From assembly GCA_018828825.1 (NCBI GenBank), contig JAHJUV010000090.1, positions 1 through 55,092 on the forward strand: a stretch of 55,092 nt of DNA, in the 5' to 3' direction. The notes under the pieces were generated by a model. That model was not told the DNA's origin, did not search any database, and saw only the letters and a program-made list of their open reading frames with translations. The DNA is from Planctomycetota bacterium. GTDB lineage: Bacteria; Planctomycetota; Phycisphaerae; Sedimentisphaerales; UBA12454. Positions 1-8,840 of the stretch are shown in pieces. The translations under genes and the position numbers were made by a program. How positions within the stretch are numbered: the first letter of the stretch is position 1; each line of letters starts with the position of its first letter.

Positions 1-34
1 CTAACAATGATTATCCAGTTTTATATGCCTTTTA

Positions 35-49
35 CCCGCCTCTGGCGGG
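35..49. repeat. GC-rich REP-like hairpin (cccgcc-tct-ggcggg) preceded by tttac
   Basis: Perfect 6-bp stem read directly. Same architecture as the hairpins at 789-801, 53027-53084 and 54253-54384. Confidence 0.5.
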
Positions 50-59
50 CTGACGTACG

Positions 60-149
60 GTATAAAACAGGAGACGTAGCAGTATAACAAGTTTCCGTTG
101 CTTCATCAAAATTCTATCTCTTTTTCTTTTCAAACTCAACGATAAAAAA
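60..149 (+). repeat. ~90-nt dispersed repeat, partner copy in inverted orientation at 54442-54554
   Basis: Shared blocks with the reverse complement of 54442-54554: gtataaaaca, agtataacaagtt, cgttgcttc, tatctcttttt, aaactcaacga. Confidence 0.7.
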
Positions 150-243
150 CAGCTTTTAATTGCCTTTTACGCTGGTTAGAGGTAGAATATAAAAATATGG
201 GAAAAAGAGGAAAATATGCAACTGTTGGTAATGAGGAATTTAT

Positions 244-678
244 ATGGTAAAGATAGTGGTTTATGTTCTGGCAATCATTGATATAGCGATACTTGGCAAT
301 ATTGGTTTGTTATTACTTTTGCCCTTTTATAAACAAATAGCGAAAGTAAAGCCTTTAATGCAAATAGGTTGTTTCTTGGTTGCTGTTTTTTCTAATGTTT
401 TTGCTGTTTATGTCTTTGTTTGGCTTTGTGGCAAGCTCGATGTATTGCCAACATTAGGGATGCTAATTATTCCATATCTACTTACCATAGCAAAAGACTT
501 CAAAAGAATAAAAAGAGCCAAAAGTGGCATTAGAATGGCTGAGATTTCTCTTCAAGAAACAGGAGAAATACATTATGGCAGTCAAAAATTCTTATCTTTT
601 CTTATTCTCAACGAATATGTATATCTAGTCGGTGATATTTTGGGTTTATCACTTGGCGTGGTTTTCTTTTTGCGATAA
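244..678 (+). CDS. hypothetical small integral membrane protein (about 4 TM segments)
   Basis: 144-aa ORF with an ATG start and gaggaa about 7 nt upstream. Hydrophobic segments. Visibly AT-rich compared with neighbours. No recognisable family. Confidence 0.45.
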   Translation: MVKIVVYVLAIIDIAILGNIGLLLLLPFYKQIAKVKPLMQIGCFLVAVFSNVFAVYVFVWLCGKLDVLPTLGMLIIPYLLTIAKDFKRIKRAKSGIRMAEISLQETGEIHYGSQKFLSFLILNEYVYLVGDILGLSLGVVFFLR

Positions 679-708
679 AGAATAAGCAAAACAATAAATA
701 AAAAATAT

Positions 709-734
709 ATCCGTGCAATCCGCGTAATCCGTGG
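709..734. repeat. short tandem aatccgYg-type repeat (atccgtgcaatccgcgtaatccgtgg)
   Basis: Three tandem near-identical 8-9 nt units read directly in the intergenic region. Confidence 0.4.
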
Positions 735-788
735 TTAAAATTTTTATCTCTAGAATAAAAAACCAAAGCCAAATCCCTAAAAATTTCT

Positions 789-801
789 CCGCCTCCGGCG
801 G
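789..801. repeat. GC-rich REP-like hairpin (ccgcc-tcc-ggcgg)
   Basis: Perfect 5-bp stem in the AT-rich intergenic region. Confidence 0.4.
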
Positions 802-899
802 TTCCACAGCTTTTCACTTTTAACTATTCACTACCAACCAGCAACTATCAACTAATTTCCCCTTTTAATAGCCCTAAATTACGGTTAAAATACTCGCCT

Positions 900-935
900 A
901 TGAACATCAAAGGCAAAACCGCAATTATCACCGGT
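900..935 (+). pseudogene. possible remnant of the N-terminus of a short-chain dehydrogenase/reductase
   Basis: The ATG at 900 encodes MNIKGKTAIITG, the canonical SDR start with the beginning of the TGxxxG motif. It then degenerates and stops at 987-989. Confidence 0.25.
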
Positions 936-1118
936 CTCCCAAATCTATATCATTTACAACGAAAGTTGTACTATATCCTGCCCTTGTAACAGCAACATAT
1001 AGTTTGGACTTATCCCCAACTTTTGATGTATATTATTTCACTGTATCCAAACCTTAAAGGGCGATATAATAATGAATTCACGGAAAAACGCCATAATAAG
1101 ACGGCAGATAGATTTAAG

Positions 1119-2045
1119 ATGCAAAAAGTCGATATAAAAAAGGCACTTGCCGAAAAAGCAGACGCTGTAAACGGCAAAATCAAGGCTTTACTTGAGCAAT
1201 GGACAGGCATTCCGACCAAGCTTGCCGATGCGATTGATTATGTACTTGCTGCGCCGGGCAAAAGGGTAAGGGCTGCGATTGTATTGTGGTGCTGCGAGCT
1301 TGTCGGGGGCAGGCCCGCCGCCCCGCTTCGCGTGAAACGCGGGGGCAGGGAAAATGACGATGCTCTGAACGCGGCGGCGGCGATAGAGATGGTGCATACT
1401 TATTCGCTGGTGCACGATGATTTGCCGGCGATGGACGATGACGATTTTCGCAGGGGCAGGCCGAGTTGTCATAAGGCCTTCGATGAGGCGACAGCTGTTT
1501 TGACAGGCGATGCGCTTTTGACGATGGCCTTTGAAATTATCGCGGCCAAAACAAGCGGCGCCAAAAAAGCGGTTGAGATGATGAAAGTTCTGGCCGAGGC
1601 CGCCGGTCCTGCTGGTATGATAGCAGGGCAGGTCAACGACCTTGCGGCGCAGAACAACGGCAGCAGCTTCGAAGAGCTGCACGATATTCATATCAATAAA
1701 ACCGCCAAGATGTTTCGTGCCTCGGCGATGCTCGGAGCGATAGCCGCTGATGCCGATGAAAAACAAAAAGAAACTCTTGCTTCGTTCGGCCTTACGCTGG
1801 GTCTTGGTTTCCAGGTGGCTGATGATATAATCGATGTAAGCTCGACCAGCCGGCAACTCGGCAAAACTGCCGGCAAAGACGCAAAACAGGGCAAATTGAC
1901 GTATCCGGCGATTTTCGGTCTTAAAAAATCTCGGGAGAACGCCGAACAAATCGCTCATAAAGCCGTGGATATCCTTGAGCCGTTTGGTGATAAGGCCGCG
2001 GTATTAAAAGAACTTGCTTTATCACTTGTTAACAGGACAAAATAA
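1119..2045 (+). CDS. ispA: polyprenyl (farnesyl/geranylgeranyl) diphosphate synthase
   Basis: Both Asp-rich motifs are present: LVHDDLPAMDDDDFRRGRP and FQVADDIIDV. Lies immediately upstream of dxs, as in the ispA-dxs operon. Start chosen at the internal ATG 1119 (MQKVDIKK...). The ORF opens at 1023. Confidence 0.85.
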   Translation: MQKVDIKKALAEKADAVNGKIKALLEQWTGIPTKLADAIDYVLAAPGKRVRAAIVLWCCELVGGRPAAPLRVKRGGRENDDALNAAAAIEMVHTYSLVHDDLPAMDDDDFRRGRPSCHKAFDEATAVLTGDALLTMAFEIIAAKTSGAKKAVEMMKVLAEAAGPAGMIAGQVNDLAAQNNGSSFEELHDIHINKTAKMFRASAMLGAIAADADEKQKETLASFGLTLGLGFQVADDIIDVSSTSRQLGKTAGKDAKQGKLTYPAIFGLKKSRENAEQIAHKAVDILEPFGDKAAVLKELALSLVNRTK

Positions 2046-2049
2046 AAAA

Positions 2050-3933
2050 ATGCAGTACGAATTGCTTGATAAAATAAATTCACCGAAGGATATTAAAACT
2101 CTCTCAATGTCGCAGTTGAACAAACTTGCGGCTGAGATTCGAGATTTTATTACTCATTGCGTAAGCTGTACGGGAGGTCATCTTGCCAGCAATCTTGGCG
2201 CGATTGAGCTTACGATTGCGATGCATTATGTATTTGATTTCAGCACGGACAAACTTCTTTGGGACGTTGGTCATCAGTGTTATGCCCATAAAATCCTGAC
2301 CGGAAGAAGAGAGCTTTTTAAAAAGTTAAGGCAGAAAGACGGCATAAGCGGTTTTCCATCGCCGGCCGAGAGCGAATACGACCAGTTTACCGTAGGTCAC
2401 GCCGGGACGGCGATACCGACAGCAATAGGGCTTGCTCTTGCCGCTGAGAAAATCAAAACAGCAGAAAAGATAGTCGCCTTTGTCGGCGATGCGAGCATTG
2501 TCAACGGTTTGAGCTTCGAGGCTTTGAATAATATGGGGCTTGTCAAGAGACAGCTTCTTGTTGTGCTTAACGATAATTCGATGGCAATCGATGTTTCGCA
2601 GGGGGCCATCGCTCAATTTCTTTCGAAAGTAAGACTCAGCCACACATACGAGGATTTGCGGAAGAGAACGAACAGAATCCTCGAACATTTGCCCCTTGTC
2701 GGCAGAAAAATGGAAGGTGCGCTGGAATCGTTCAAGCGGACTCTTCGTATGGCGATAACGCCGAACAGGCTTTTTGAAAGTCTTAATATTCCTTATTTCG
2801 GTCCGGTTGACGGCCACGACATAAATTCACTTGTTCAGATTTTCAAGGCGATGTCGAATCTTGACAGGCCTGCTGTTTTGCACGTTTATACGAAGAAAGG
2901 TAAGGGATTCAGCCCGGCCGATGACGACCCGACCAGATTTCACTCTACGGGGCCATTCAAAATCAACGGCGAACTCGAATCGGAAAAACCCACAGGCAAA
3001 AGTTTTACGGCCGCTTTTTCCGATGCGATTGTGAAACTTGCCGGAGAAAATGACGAAATAATCGCGATTACCGCGGCGATGTCGGACGGCACAGGACTAA
3101 CAAAATTCAAGCAGCAATTCACATCCCGCTATTATGACGTCGGCATAGCCGAGTCGGTGGCGGTGGATATCGCAGCGGGGCAGGCGAAGATGGGACTTAA
3201 ACCTTTTGTGTGTATTTATTCGACGTTTCTCCAGAGATGTTTCGACCAGATATTCCAGGAAGTCGCATTGCAGAATCTTCCGGTCGTATTCTGTATTGAC
3301 AGGGCAGGGCTGGTCGGCGCCGACGGTCCTACTCATCATGGGCTTATGGATATAGGCTTTTTGCGGATGATGCCGAATATGATACTTATCGCGCCGGCCA
3401 ACGGTGTGGAGCTTGAACTTGCGATGCGTTTTGCCGCTGAATCGCAGGGTCCGGTGGCGATAAGATATCCGAAAGAAGAGGTTGACGACAGTATCTGCCC
3501 CGAAGTTTTTTCGCAGCCTTTCGAGCTTGGCAGGAGCGTAACTGTAAAAAATGGAAAAGGTAAAATAGCTGTTATAGCTTATGGCAGTATCGTAAATGAG
3601 GCTTTAAAGGCGGCCCAAAGCCTTAAAGCCGATAATGTCGATATAACCGTTATAAACGCCAGATTCGCTAAACCGCTGGATGAAAAAATTATTTCGTTAT
3701 TAAGGGCCGATAATAGTATAATAACTGTCGAAGATCATTCTGCGGCAGGTGGTTTTGGTTCAGCGGTCCTTGAAGCAGCGGCCGCTGCAGGAGCAGACAC
3801 CGCAAAAATCAGGATACTTGGCGTAGGCGATAAATTTGTACAGCCCGACAAAAGAGCTGCCCAGATTGCCGGTTTAGGAATCGGAGTTGACGGTATCGCC
3901 GGTGCTGTAAAAGAGATTGTGGAGGCGCATTAA
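2050..3933 (+). CDS. dxs: 1-deoxy-D-xylulose-5-phosphate synthase
   Basis: MQYELLDKINSPKDIK start. The GHxxS-type TPP motif region (GGHLASNLG) and GDASIVNG...LNDN are present. Length is about 627 aa. Confidence 0.95.
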   Translation: MQYELLDKINSPKDIKTLSMSQLNKLAAEIRDFITHCVSCTGGHLASNLGAIELTIAMHYVFDFSTDKLLWDVGHQCYAHKILTGRRELFKKLRQKDGISGFPSPAESEYDQFTVGHAGTAIPTAIGLALAAEKIKTAEKIVAFVGDASIVNGLSFEALNNMGLVKRQLLVVLNDNSMAIDVSQGAIAQFLSKVRLSHTYEDLRKRTNRILEHLPLVGRKMEGALESFKRTLRMAITPNRLFESLNIPYFGPVDGHDINSLVQIFKAMSNLDRPAVLHVYTKKGKGFSPADDDPTRFHSTGPFKINGELESEKPTGKSFTAAFSDAIVKLAGENDEIIAITAAMSDGTGLTKFKQQFTSRYYDVGIAESVAVDIAAGQAKMGLKPFVCIYSTFLQRCFDQIFQEVALQNLPVVFCIDRAGLVGADGPTHHGLMDIGFLRMMPNMILIAPANGVELELAMRFAAESQGPVAIRYPKEEVDDSICPEVFSQPFELGRSVTVKNGKGKIAVIAYGSIVNEALKAAQSLKADNVDITVINARFAKPLDEKIISLLRADNSIITVEDHSAAGGFGSAVLEAAAAAGADTAKIRILGVGDKFVQPDKRAAQIAGLGIGVDGIAGAVKEIVEAH

Positions 3934-3949
3934 ATTCCGGGGAAAGACG

Positions 3950-4813
3950 ATGGCAAAAGCAGGCCAAAAACCGAAGCTGATAATTTTTGGCGATGCCCGG
4001 CGTGATTTTGTAGCCGAGGCTATAGACGATTTTACGAAATTTGCGACCGGCAGGGCACAGATACTCGCCAACTGCTTTCGCGGAGACTGTATTGATGATG
4101 TTGCCAAAGAGGCTGATTTTGCAGTTGTTTTCGGCGGAGACGGCACGATTCTTTCAGCGGCTCGGGATTTGAGCGAAATTAATGTACCTGTTATCGGGGT
4201 CAATGTCGGCAGGCTCGGATTTCTGGCCGAGTTCAGTCTTGACCAGCTTAAGCAGCTTTTCGACAGGGTTACGACCGAAAAAGGGCTGATAGAAAAACGG
4301 ATGATGCTTAAGTGCACTGTTAACGGACAGGGGAAAGAAAAGCTTGTTTCGACCGCGATAAACGATGTCGTTATAAATGCCGGCCCACGTTTCAATATGG
4401 TAGATTTGAAGATAACGGTTCGAGGCCAGAGTCTTGCGGACTGCATAAGCGATGGAATCATTATATCGACGCCGACGGGTTCTACGGCTTATAATCTTTC
4501 CGCCGGCGGGCCGATACTGTCGGCCAATCTTTCGGCGATAGTGATTACTCCGATATGTCCGCATACGCTGAGTTTCAGGCCGATTGTGATAAACGCCGAC
4601 AGCAAAATTGAAATACATCCGCAGAGAACAAACGAAGGCACAGCCGTAATATTGGACGGACAGATATTCAGCGAACTTAAATGTGAAGATATTATTACAG
4701 TTGAGAAGCATAAAGGCTCGTTTCTCGTGGTGAATAATCCTTTGCTGACCCAATGGGATACGCTTGCGGGCAAAATGAGCTGGGCGCAGAAGCCGCAATA
4801 CAAAAGAAAATAA
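3950..4813 (+). CDS. nadK: NAD+ kinase
   Basis: GGDGT motif (VVFGGDGTILSAARD), NVGRLGFL and the TPTGSTAYNLSAGGPI motif. Confidence 0.9.
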   Translation: MAKAGQKPKLIIFGDARRDFVAEAIDDFTKFATGRAQILANCFRGDCIDDVAKEADFAVVFGGDGTILSAARDLSEINVPVIGVNVGRLGFLAEFSLDQLKQLFDRVTTEKGLIEKRMMLKCTVNGQGKEKLVSTAINDVVINAGPRFNMVDLKITVRGQSLADCISDGIIISTPTGSTAYNLSAGGPILSANLSAIVITPICPHTLSFRPIVINADSKIEIHPQRTNEGTAVILDGQIFSELKCEDIITVEKHKGSFLVVNNPLLTQWDTLAGKMSWAQKPQYKRK

Positions 4814-4816
4814 TTT

Positions 4817-6469
4817 ATGAAGAAGAGGCAAAAGGTGAAAAGGTATAATTTAAGGATACCTCTAAAAATTCATTTTGGCAGTAGAGCGAATCTTTTTGTC
4901 GCCGGTCTGCGTCAGACAAAAGCCACTTTATCTATTGATAGAGCTGATTTGTCTTCCTTGCCGGCGAGCAAAAATCTTCTACTTGCCGCCCAGCCCCCGC
5001 GTCTCCCGACGCGAGTCGGGGCGGCGGGTCAAAAGCAATTATTAGAGCTACCCTTAATAAATGTATTTTTTGTTATTCAGATTTTTTGTGCGGTTTGTTT
5101 GGCGCTCGAGAGCCCGATAGGCGACCCGACAGTGCCGCCAAGCAGCACCCGAAGCGGGTTAAGAAGGTCTCCGAATCCTGTAGATACCAGCGGCAATCTT
5201 ATAGTTACGGGCAATGTTCGAGGCGGAATGGAGTTTCGTGGCCTTGTGCCTTACCGTTCAGTGACGGAATTTGGCGCCGATGTAGGCAGCAGTGATATAA
5301 GTTCGTTTCTAAGGCGGTCGGCTCCGATAAATATCGGCAGAGGGCAGATTTCGCCGCAGCCGTATTATCTGCCTTCGACTACGGTAAGTTCGATGACCCG
5401 GGGCGGAATGTCAGGGTTGGTTGCTTATCCGTCCATAAGAGAAAATAAGGGCACCGGAGATTTTGCTGTTCCTAAGGTTGTAAAGATACAGGGCGAGGTT
5501 ACTCCACCGGCGGTTTCGCCGCTTTATGAATACAATCTGGCAAGACCTTTGTCATATAAGCCAACCGACCTTGAAAGGGTTGTTGATTACGACCTGCTGC
5601 GCAGCAAAAAACAAAAAGATTTAATTGCCGCTTTGGATAAGGCTGCTAAAGACAAACAGGATACATCGGAACTGACCGAGCAGATTCAGCAGGAAGACGA
5701 AAGTATTCTTTCAGGGCCGAAGCCAATTAAACCGATTGAGCGTTCTTTTGAGCCTGCCGAGCCTGCAAAGCCGGGCCAGATGCGCGAGGAACTTTCAAAG
5801 GTTAAAAGCGTTTATGAGCAGATGCTTGAGGAAGTTAAAACCGGCGAAACTACCAGTGTTGTGGAGAGTGAGCAGGCAAAAACCGAAAAAGAACCCCGGA
5901 TAGGCGAAATTACAGACTCAAACGCCGGCGGAATGCAAAGCGAACTTTCTCAAATAGACAAGGAAACTGCCGAGGCAATTGTAGATATACATAAGACATT
6001 TGCCTCGAAGGTAAATGATAAATTTAATTACTATATGAAATCGGCAGAGGAATTTTTAAAGCAGGGGCAGTATTATCGTGCCGCCGATTCTTATACGCTC
6101 GCGAGCATATACAAACCGCAGGACCCGCTTGCACATGCCGGCAGGGCGCACGCATTGTTTGCAAGCGGCGAGTATATGAGCAGCGCCTATTATCTTGCGA
6201 CGGCTATAAGTATTTTTCCGGAGTATGTAAAATTTAAAATAGACCTTAATGCTATGATACCGGACAAGGACAGGCTCGAAAGCAGGATAGCCGACATTAA
6301 GACATGGATTGACAGGACAGATTCGGCTGAACTTAGTTTTTTGCTTGCATATATTTATTATCAGCTCGGAAATTCAGACCTCGCATTACAAGCGATAAAC
6401 TTTTCAGCTAAAAAGATGCCTGACAGCCAGGCTGTGCAGGTGCTCAAACAAGCGATTGAGAATAAATAG
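4817..6469 (+). CDS. hypothetical protein with one TM/signal-like segment, an acidic coiled middle and a C-terminal TPR-like region
   Basis: 550-aa ORF. The hydrophobic VFFVIQIFCAVCLAL lies at about aa 84-98. The C-terminal helical repeats (YYRAADSYTLASIY...AHAGRAHALFASGEY...) are TPR-like. The start is uncertain because a REP-like hairpin (4986-5027) lies inside the 5' part. Confidence 0.55.
   Translation: MKKRQKVKRYNLRIPLKIHFGSRANLFVAGLRQTKATLSIDRADLSSLPASKNLLLAAQPPRLPTRVGAAGQKQLLELPLINVFFVIQIFCAVCLALESPIGDPTVPPSSTRSGLRRSPNPVDTSGNLIVTGNVRGGMEFRGLVPYRSVTEFGADVGSSDISSFLRRSAPINIGRGQISPQPYYLPSTTVSSMTRGGMSGLVAYPSIRENKGTGDFAVPKVVKIQGEVTPPAVSPLYEYNLARPLSYKPTDLERVVDYDLLRSKKQKDLIAALDKAAKDKQDTSELTEQIQQEDESILSGPKPIKPIERSFEPAEPAKPGQMREELSKVKSVYEQMLEEVKTGETTSVVESEQAKTEKEPRIGEITDSNAGGMQSELSQIDKETAEAIVDIHKTFASKVNDKFNYYMKSAEEFLKQGQYYRAADSYTLASIYKPQDPLAHAGRAHALFASGEYMSSAYYLATAISIFPEYVKFKIDLNAMIPDKDRLESRIADIKTWIDRTDSAELSFLLAYIYYQLGNSDLALQAINFSAKKMPDSQAVQVLKQAIENK
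4986..5027. repeat. GC-rich imperfect palindrome (ccgcccagcccccgcgtc-tccc-gacgcgagtcggggcggcgg)
   Basis: Nested stems cgcgtc/gacgcg, ccccg/cgggg and ccgcc/ggcgg, read directly. Confidence 0.6.
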
Positions 6470-8445
6470 TGGCGGTGTGTGCTGAATTGGGTGAAGACTT
6501 TGGCATAGAAGAGATTTTTGGCCCCGGCGGCAGATTCGCGTGTTGTTTTGCCGATTATGAAGACAGGCCCCAGCAGCGGCAGATGGCCGATGCTGTTCAG
6601 GATGCGTTAAAAAAACATTATCACCTTGCTGTTGAAGCAGGTACAGGCCTCGGCAAAAGTTTTGCATATCTTATAGGGGCGATTCAAGCGGCCAGACAGC
6701 AGAAATGCAAAGTCCTTATCAGCACTTATACAATCACTCTTCAGGAACAACTGATAAATAAGGATATTCCATTCCTTGCAAAGGCGCTTGGCGGGTGTTT
6801 TCAGGCGGCTCTTGCGCGTGGGCGTAATAATTTCGTATGTTTGAGGAGGCTCGAATTTGCGAGAAGAAAACAGCAGGGTCTTTTCGATTCGGCCGCCGAT
6901 GAACTTTTGCGTTTGAACGCCTGGGCTTCGCAAAGCAAAGAAGGATTATTTAGCGAACTTGGGTTTGTTCCTTCGATGCAGCTCCTCAACGCGGTAAAAA
7001 GCGAGCACGGCAACTGCAGGGGGAGAAAATGCGGGCATTTTAACAAGTGTTTCTATTGGAAAAGCCGACGAAGACTTCAGACTGCTGATATTATTGTGGC
7101 AAATCACGCCCTTTTGTTCAGCGACCTTGTATTAAGACAGGAGAAGACCTCAATTTTGCCCGATTACAAATTCGTGATAATAGACGAAGCGCACAATATT
7201 GAAAATGTGGCGCAGGAGCATTTCGGACTCGATATAAGCCAGTGGCGGGTAAATTTTCTGCTGCACAGTCTTTACAATTCGAGGACGAAAAAAGGCTTTC
7301 TTGCCAACACGGGCTATACGCAGGCAATTGAGCTCGTAAAATTGTGCGAAAAAGCGGCAGAAAACTTTTTCAGTCTTGTGCTGCAATGGCGGCAAACCTG
7401 CGGCGGCAACGGCAGGGTCAGGGAAAAATTTGTAGAGGATATTATAACCGAACCGTTAAAGAAACTCCGGCTTGCTCTTGCGGTGCCTGCGAAACAAGCC
7501 GGCGATGACGATGAACGGTTTGAATTTCTGCGTTTTGCCGATTTGCTGAGGATTTTGCAGGCTGATTTACAGGATTTTCTTGCCTGCTCGAATGAGGCAA
7601 ATGTGTACTGGATTGAGGTTTCGGATAAATCCAAAAGAAAGGCGGTGTCGCTGCGAAGCGCACCGATAAATCCTGCCGTGAATATAAAGCAGTGTCTTTT
7701 TGACAGGTTCGAATCCGTTATACTCACAAGCGCTACGCTGTGCTGCAATAACGAGGGTGACGAAAGCGGTTTTGAATTCTTTGCCCAGCGAATCGGACTT
7801 GAGAAGTTTAAGCCTTTGCGGCTCGGCTCTCCTTTCGACTATCAAAGGCAGGTTACAATGTATATTGAACCTGATATGCCTGAACCTGACAATGCGGCTT
7901 TTATGCAGACGGCGGCCGAGAAGATAAAAAAATATGTGAAACTGACGGGCGGCAGGGCATTTGTACTTTTTACCAGTTACAAGATGCTTGAAACAATTGC
8001 CAATATGCTTTCGGACTGGTTCAGCGAAAATAATATCGAGATGCTTGTGCATGGCGGCCCGGTCAACAGGTCGGAACTTTTGAGACAGTTTAAAATGGAC
8101 AGAGGCAGCGTGCTGTTCGGTACGGACAGTTTCTGGCAGGGGGTGGACGTGCCGGGCCAGGCCCTGAGCAATGTCATAATTGTGAAATTGCCTTTTGCCG
8201 TACCTTCTCATCCGCTTATTGAGGGAAGAATCGAACATATAAGGGCACAGGGGCACAATCCATTTTTCAAGTATCAGCTTCCGCAGGCAGTTATAAAATT
8301 CAAACAGGGTTTCGGCAGGCTGATACGCAGCAAAAGCGACACGGGAATAATAGTGGTGCTTGACAGCAGGATTATCCGGAAAAGCTACGGCAAAGAATTC
8401 CTGACGGCGATAGAAGAATGCAGGGTGGAAATCGCGGCAGATTAA
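6469..8445 (+). CDS. dinG: ATP-dependent DNA helicase, DinG/XPD (Rad3) family with Fe-S domain
   Basis: Walker A AGTGLGKSFAYL and DEAH box VIIDEAHNIE. Four Cys in the Fe-S insertion (FVC...GNC..RKC...NKC). C-terminal helicase motifs FVLFTSY, FWQGVD and GRLIRS. The GTG start overlaps the upstream stop (TAGTG). Confidence 0.85.
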   Translation: MAVCAELGEDFGIEEIFGPGGRFACCFADYEDRPQQRQMADAVQDALKKHYHLAVEAGTGLGKSFAYLIGAIQAARQQKCKVLISTYTITLQEQLINKDIPFLAKALGGCFQAALARGRNNFVCLRRLEFARRKQQGLFDSAADELLRLNAWASQSKEGLFSELGFVPSMQLLNAVKSEHGNCRGRKCGHFNKCFYWKSRRRLQTADIIVANHALLFSDLVLRQEKTSILPDYKFVIIDEAHNIENVAQEHFGLDISQWRVNFLLHSLYNSRTKKGFLANTGYTQAIELVKLCEKAAENFFSLVLQWRQTCGGNGRVREKFVEDIITEPLKKLRLALAVPAKQAGDDDERFEFLRFADLLRILQADLQDFLACSNEANVYWIEVSDKSKRKAVSLRSAPINPAVNIKQCLFDRFESVILTSATLCCNNEGDESGFEFFAQRIGLEKFKPLRLGSPFDYQRQVTMYIEPDMPEPDNAAFMQTAAEKIKKYVKLTGGRAFVLFTSYKMLETIANMLSDWFSENNIEMLVHGGPVNRSELLRQFKMDRGSVLFGTDSFWQGVDVPGQALSNVIIVKLPFAVPSHPLIEGRIEHIRAQGHNPFFKYQLPQAVIKFKQGFGRLIRSKSDTGIIVVLDSRIIRKSYGKEFLTAIEECRVEIAAD

Positions 8446-8453
8446 AGGGAAAT

Positions 8454-8828
8454 TTATTTGAGCTTGGCTTTTATCACGCTCAGCAGCCGTTCATTTTTAA
8501 TAGGCTTTTGAAATACGCCTGCAAAACCAAATTGAGTATAGTCGATATTGTCCGCCATTTCGTCGCCCGCTGCGCTTAGAAGATAGACGGGAGCCTTATT
8601 GCCGAGGAGCCGCAGTTCTTTAACGAAACTTGTGCCGGAATCAATCTCCTCCATCATTAAATCGACGAGGATCAGGTCAGGATTAGTCTTTTTGTAAACT
8701 TCCAGACCTTCTTCGGCGCTTTTTGCCTCAGCCATAATATAGCCGCTGGCCTCAAGAACCATACGCATCGCTGCCAGAAAATCAGGGTCATCATCGATTG
8801 TCAAAATTACATATTTACCGTCCTGCAT
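8454..8828 (-). CDS. stand-alone response-regulator receiver domain (CheY-like)
   Basis: 124 aa with the acidic pocket IDDDPD, phospho-acceptor LILVDLMM, LLSA and FQKPI. No output domain. Lies 12 nt downstream of hoxW. Confidence 0.85.
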   Translation of the reverse strand: MQDGKYVILTIDDDPDFLAAMRMVLEASGYIMAEAKSAEEGLEVYKKTNPDLILVDLMMEEIDSGTSFVKELRLLGNKAPVYLLSAAGDEMADNIDYTQFGFAGVFQKPIKNERLLSVIKAKLK

Positions 8829-8840
8829 TTGAGAGCTCCT

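Noticed and set aside
1023-1118. Upstream ORF extensions (1023 for ispA, 2014 for dxs, 3917 for nadK, 30497 for lgt, 45471 for pheA, 52986 for purB, 26284 for the giant gene)
   Set aside because: The extensions overlap the preceding gene or repeats. They encode non-conserved residues ahead of an internal ATG that gives the canonical family N-terminus or signal peptide.
1188-1958. Long antisense ORFs (also 4154-4831, 7567-8256, 41351-42241, 48100-48702 and 53296-53904)
   Set aside because: They lie opposite genes with unambiguous family motifs and encode low-complexity Arg/Ser/Pro-rich products. They are typical shadow ORFs.
7706-7716. ggttcgaatcc, a tRNA T-arm-like motif
   Set aside because: It lies inside the well-supported dinG coding frame. 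No acceptor, D or anticodon arms could be built around it. No tRNA is supported anywhere in the window.
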